NCBI GenBank assembly: GCA_038496445.1
Contig: JALMLS010000481.1
Coordinates: 1-64,000, forward strand
Length of the DNA: 64,000 nt
Direction: 5' to 3'
Source: Trichosphaerium sp. ATCC 40318
Lineage: Eukaryota; Protista; Tubulinea
Position numbers and translations under genes: made by a program. Below the pieces are notes generated by a model. It saw only the letters and a program-made list of their open reading frames with translations, searched no databases and had not been told where the DNA came from. The stretch's first letter is position 1. Every line of letters starts with the position of its first letter. This document shows positions 60,976-64,000 of the stretch, piece by piece.

Positions 60976-61710
60976 ATGGATCATCTCCGTTTATTACATC
61001 TTCCAGTGGAGTTACAGCTTGACATTATTGATCTAGACCCTGAGGTGTATCTAAAGTGGCCATTGGTTTCGAAATACACAGCAACAATGACAAGGTTTGA
61101 TAGCGACTTTAAAAAACATGGGAAATGGAAAAAACTGTATAAATCACGTGTCATCATTCAGAGGTGTTGGAATCATGGTATACCTCATGGTTGTTGTATG
61201 TGTTGGTATTACAATGGACAAATAGGGAAGAAGCGTTATTATGTTAATGGTAAACTCGATGGAGAATACAAAGAGTGGCATAGAAATGGACAACTAGCGG
61301 AGGTAAGAAATTATGTTGAGGCCGAGGTTGAAGGAGAATACAAAACTTGGAATGCTGATGGTCAGATACTGAGACACTATCATTATGTTAAAAGCAAATT
61401 ACATGGAGAATACAACCTTTGGCATTCCAATGGTAAAATGTGGAAGAAGTGCTTTTACGTCGATGATGAACTACATGGAGAGTACATTAGTTGGCATAAA
61501 AATGGTAATATTTTTGAGAAGTGTCATTATATCAAAGGTTTGCAAGACGGAGAGCATGTAATGATGTACCATAGTGGTCAAACGTGGAGTCGCTATCATT
61601 ATGTTAATGGTAAACTTGAAGGACAGTTTATAAGCTGGACACCCTATGGCAAAATAACAAAATTGCTCAAGTATGCTAATGGCATTCGGGTAGATGATTT
61701 TTTTTCATAA
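60976..61710 (+). CDS. Intronless F-box-like + MORN-variant repeat protein (244 aa)
   Basis: LLHLPVELQLDI N-terminus and seven ~24-aa YVNGKLDGEYKEW..NG repeats. Confidence 0.9.
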   Translation: MDHLRLLHLPVELQLDIIDLDPEVYLKWPLVSKYTATMTRFDSDFKKHGKWKKLYKSRVIIQRCWNHGIPHGCCMCWYYNGQIGKKRYYVNGKLDGEYKEWHRNGQLAEVRNYVEAEVEGEYKTWNADGQILRHYHYVKSKLHGEYNLWHSNGKMWKKCFYVDDELHGEYISWHKNGNIFEKCHYIKGLQDGEHVMMYHSGQTWSRYHYVNGKLEGQFISWTPYGKITKLLKYANGIRVDDFFS

Positions 61711-62191
61711 AATTCAACGTAGCTACCTCCATTAGTCTTTCCACGTGCTTCTTCCTCTTCGTCATTTCCTACTACTGAGCATACAAACATCAACATAGCG
61801 AAGATAGTGATCAATGATAACATAGTTTTGAAGAAAAGGTGTTCATTGTGGCGTTAAATCCTTATTATTAGCTTAGAAATCTTGTAAATTTTTGTTTATG
61901 TCAAGTTAGTCTGATGAATGCCCGATTTCACAGAACGTTAACACGACATAAACACGTTCTTTAGCTTCCAAAAATACCATTGTTTATAATGAACGCCAAA
62001 ATAAGACTCTACTCAATAAAATAATGTCACTTTCATTCAACTTGTAAAAACAAAATCTCACATTTTTAAACGGTTTAGCCGCTCACATATTTTGAGTTTC
62101 TTGGCCGTTGGTTAGCCGGCTACAGATTTTTATAGCCGGCTTAATCGGGACCTGACCACTATCATCTCTACTCAACTAACGTAAATTTATT

Positions 62192-64000
62192 CTACAATGG
62201 GTATTCTGACAATCTTCTGATACAGCGATCTCTATCAACAAATGCTGGTGCAGGTGTAGGTGGATTGTAATTAAACGCTGATATACCCTCGCTTATTGGT
62301 ACATTTGTGGCCAATACAGTAACATCAGTAGTTGTAATATCAATAGAAACATAGATTCCTTCACTACAAGAAGCCACTAAAGTACCAGTTGATATTGATG
62401 TTAAACCTAATAAAAAAAATTAACATAGATGACACTTATACCAAAAAATCCTTGCCTCTAAATGTACATCCATCCACTGGTATTGTAAATGGCGCCACAC
62501 ATGAACCAGATCGAAAATCTGGCGCTCCAGTCAGAATATTAGAAGTAAAACTACCCAGGAATAGAGTGCCATCAACAATTTCACCTGCTATAAGTAAGTC
62601 ACATCATGACATTTCACTTGCCTGCCGCTGTACTAGTCGTCCGATCACAGTGATGTGTAAATTTACAGTTTTCTATGTCTATTTCATAGACATGTTGTAC
62701 TGGACTCAGTCCATATACTATTCCAGTATCCTTGTCTACTATCAATTCAAATATTTCAAGAGTAGTGATGCATGTTTTATCCTGTATAATAGTATGTGAT
62801 GTAACATGTTAAAGTGTCTGTCTCGTACAATTTGGCAAGTGTTAGGATTTACAGAGAACATTCGTCGGTTTGAGTTTATGTATAGTACTCTATCAAGTAC
62901 AGCACTGTACTTCAAAGCTACGGGGAAGGTTTCCAGATCTGGATTATCACATGCTATCAGTAGATGATTAGTGTAAAACAACAAGTTGCTAGCGTTTGAA
63001 TTCCGTACACCCAACAATTTCATTTGTGTTTGAAAGTAGCCGATAGTCAAATCCTAGTACTCTCTCTTCCTTCGTAGTGATAAGAGTGTTAATAACACCG
63101 CCTTGAGGAGCCATTGTAGGAGGTGGTGTTGGCATGATAGGCGCAACAGGAGCCATTGTTGTATCATCTGGAGGCGGCAGTGTTCCTTCAAAAAATAATG
63201 AAGAGAAGCCACCAGATTGTAAGGGCAGCGATGTTGTGAACTCAGTTATCGTTGATGTAGATATGTCCAAAGAAAAATAGCTTGCAACTATTACGTTAGT
63301 GATAATAATTTGATTATCTGAGATTGCTGTCATATCTAGAGTAATGCTTTAGAACATAGTCAAAAAAAAAAAGAAGAAATACCAGCAGCAATTACTGATA
63401 TTGGAAAATCCACTATTTGAGGAGCTGCGCAAGGTGAAGGTCCCGTCAGTGGTACTATAAGAAGGCCTTGTTGTGGTCCAGAAATGTACAAGTTATCTCC
63501 AACTATTGCAACTAGTAGAACTCAATAAAACACGTTTCACTGATTTTTTGCTAGAACGCACGCCCAGAAAAGCCGAACTCAATAGTTACGTCTATGTTTA
63601 GTTCACAAAAATTAACAAATGAGCAATCTGTTGTATCTATCTGAGCAATAAACCCATCACGTCCATCATATACAAATCCATATAAAATATGTGTAGTCTT
63701 GTCAATAGCAATACTCCTAAAAGCAGCAAGAGAATTGCTCAAAGTACAGGAATGCTATCAAAACAATCATGTAAAAAAAAACTTATTCTGAAATTATTCT
63801 TTGGTACCTTTACTTCGCACGTGCGTGGATCTACTTGTAGTAACTCATTACTGGCTTGTACGAATAATGTATGTGTTGATGGTAAATAAGACATTGAAAA
63901 AAGACTAACATCAATAGGTGGACTATTACATGCTAAAGGTGTTAGATCTTTATCGTCTATTAAAAATAATGTGTAGTACCGTGTACAACAGACATTGGAT
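62192..64000 (-). CDS. Secreted/surface protein with repeated beta-propeller-like domains and Pro/Thr linkers (5' end outside the window)
   Basis: ORF pieces 63551-63742, 62989-63333, 62742-63050 and 62192-62377 join through GT-AG introns. PPPDDTTMAPVAP linker. Confidence 0.65.

Noticed and set aside
62742-63333. Overlapping ORFs suggesting a programmed frameshift
   Set aside because: Explained by an ordinary GTACGG...GATAG intron.

Overview
AT-rich, gene-dense nuclear DNA of a unicellular eukaryote, with short spliceosomal introns of mostly 40-200 nt and the standard genetic code. The lineage cannot be fixed from this window. It opens with the 3' part of an intact-looking Ty3/Gypsy LTR retrotransposon: a single gag-pol ORF with an unusual RD/RS tract, a PPT and a ~91-bp 3' LTR. 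Conserved intron-rich genes are gamma-glutamyl transpeptidase (with an antisense gene nested in one intron), an SDR, an SLC43/FMP42-like MFS transporter, EIPR1/TSSC1, PAN2 and an atypical Rho GTPase. Between them lies a fast-evolving compartment: a family of F-box+LRR genes and fragments with hypervariable concave-face residues (two copies form an inverted duplication), F-box+MORN-variant genes, a duplicated divergent winged-helix-like gene, surface proteins, two copies of a MITE with 3-bp TSDs, and pseudogene fragments. Splicing oddities are two U12-type introns in PAN2 (one apparently GT-TG), three GC-AG introns, AAG/GAG acceptors and an 11-nt microexon. The palindrome CACGTG is about 8-fold over-represented in host DNA (manual count). 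All gene models and counts were made by eye, with no database searches.
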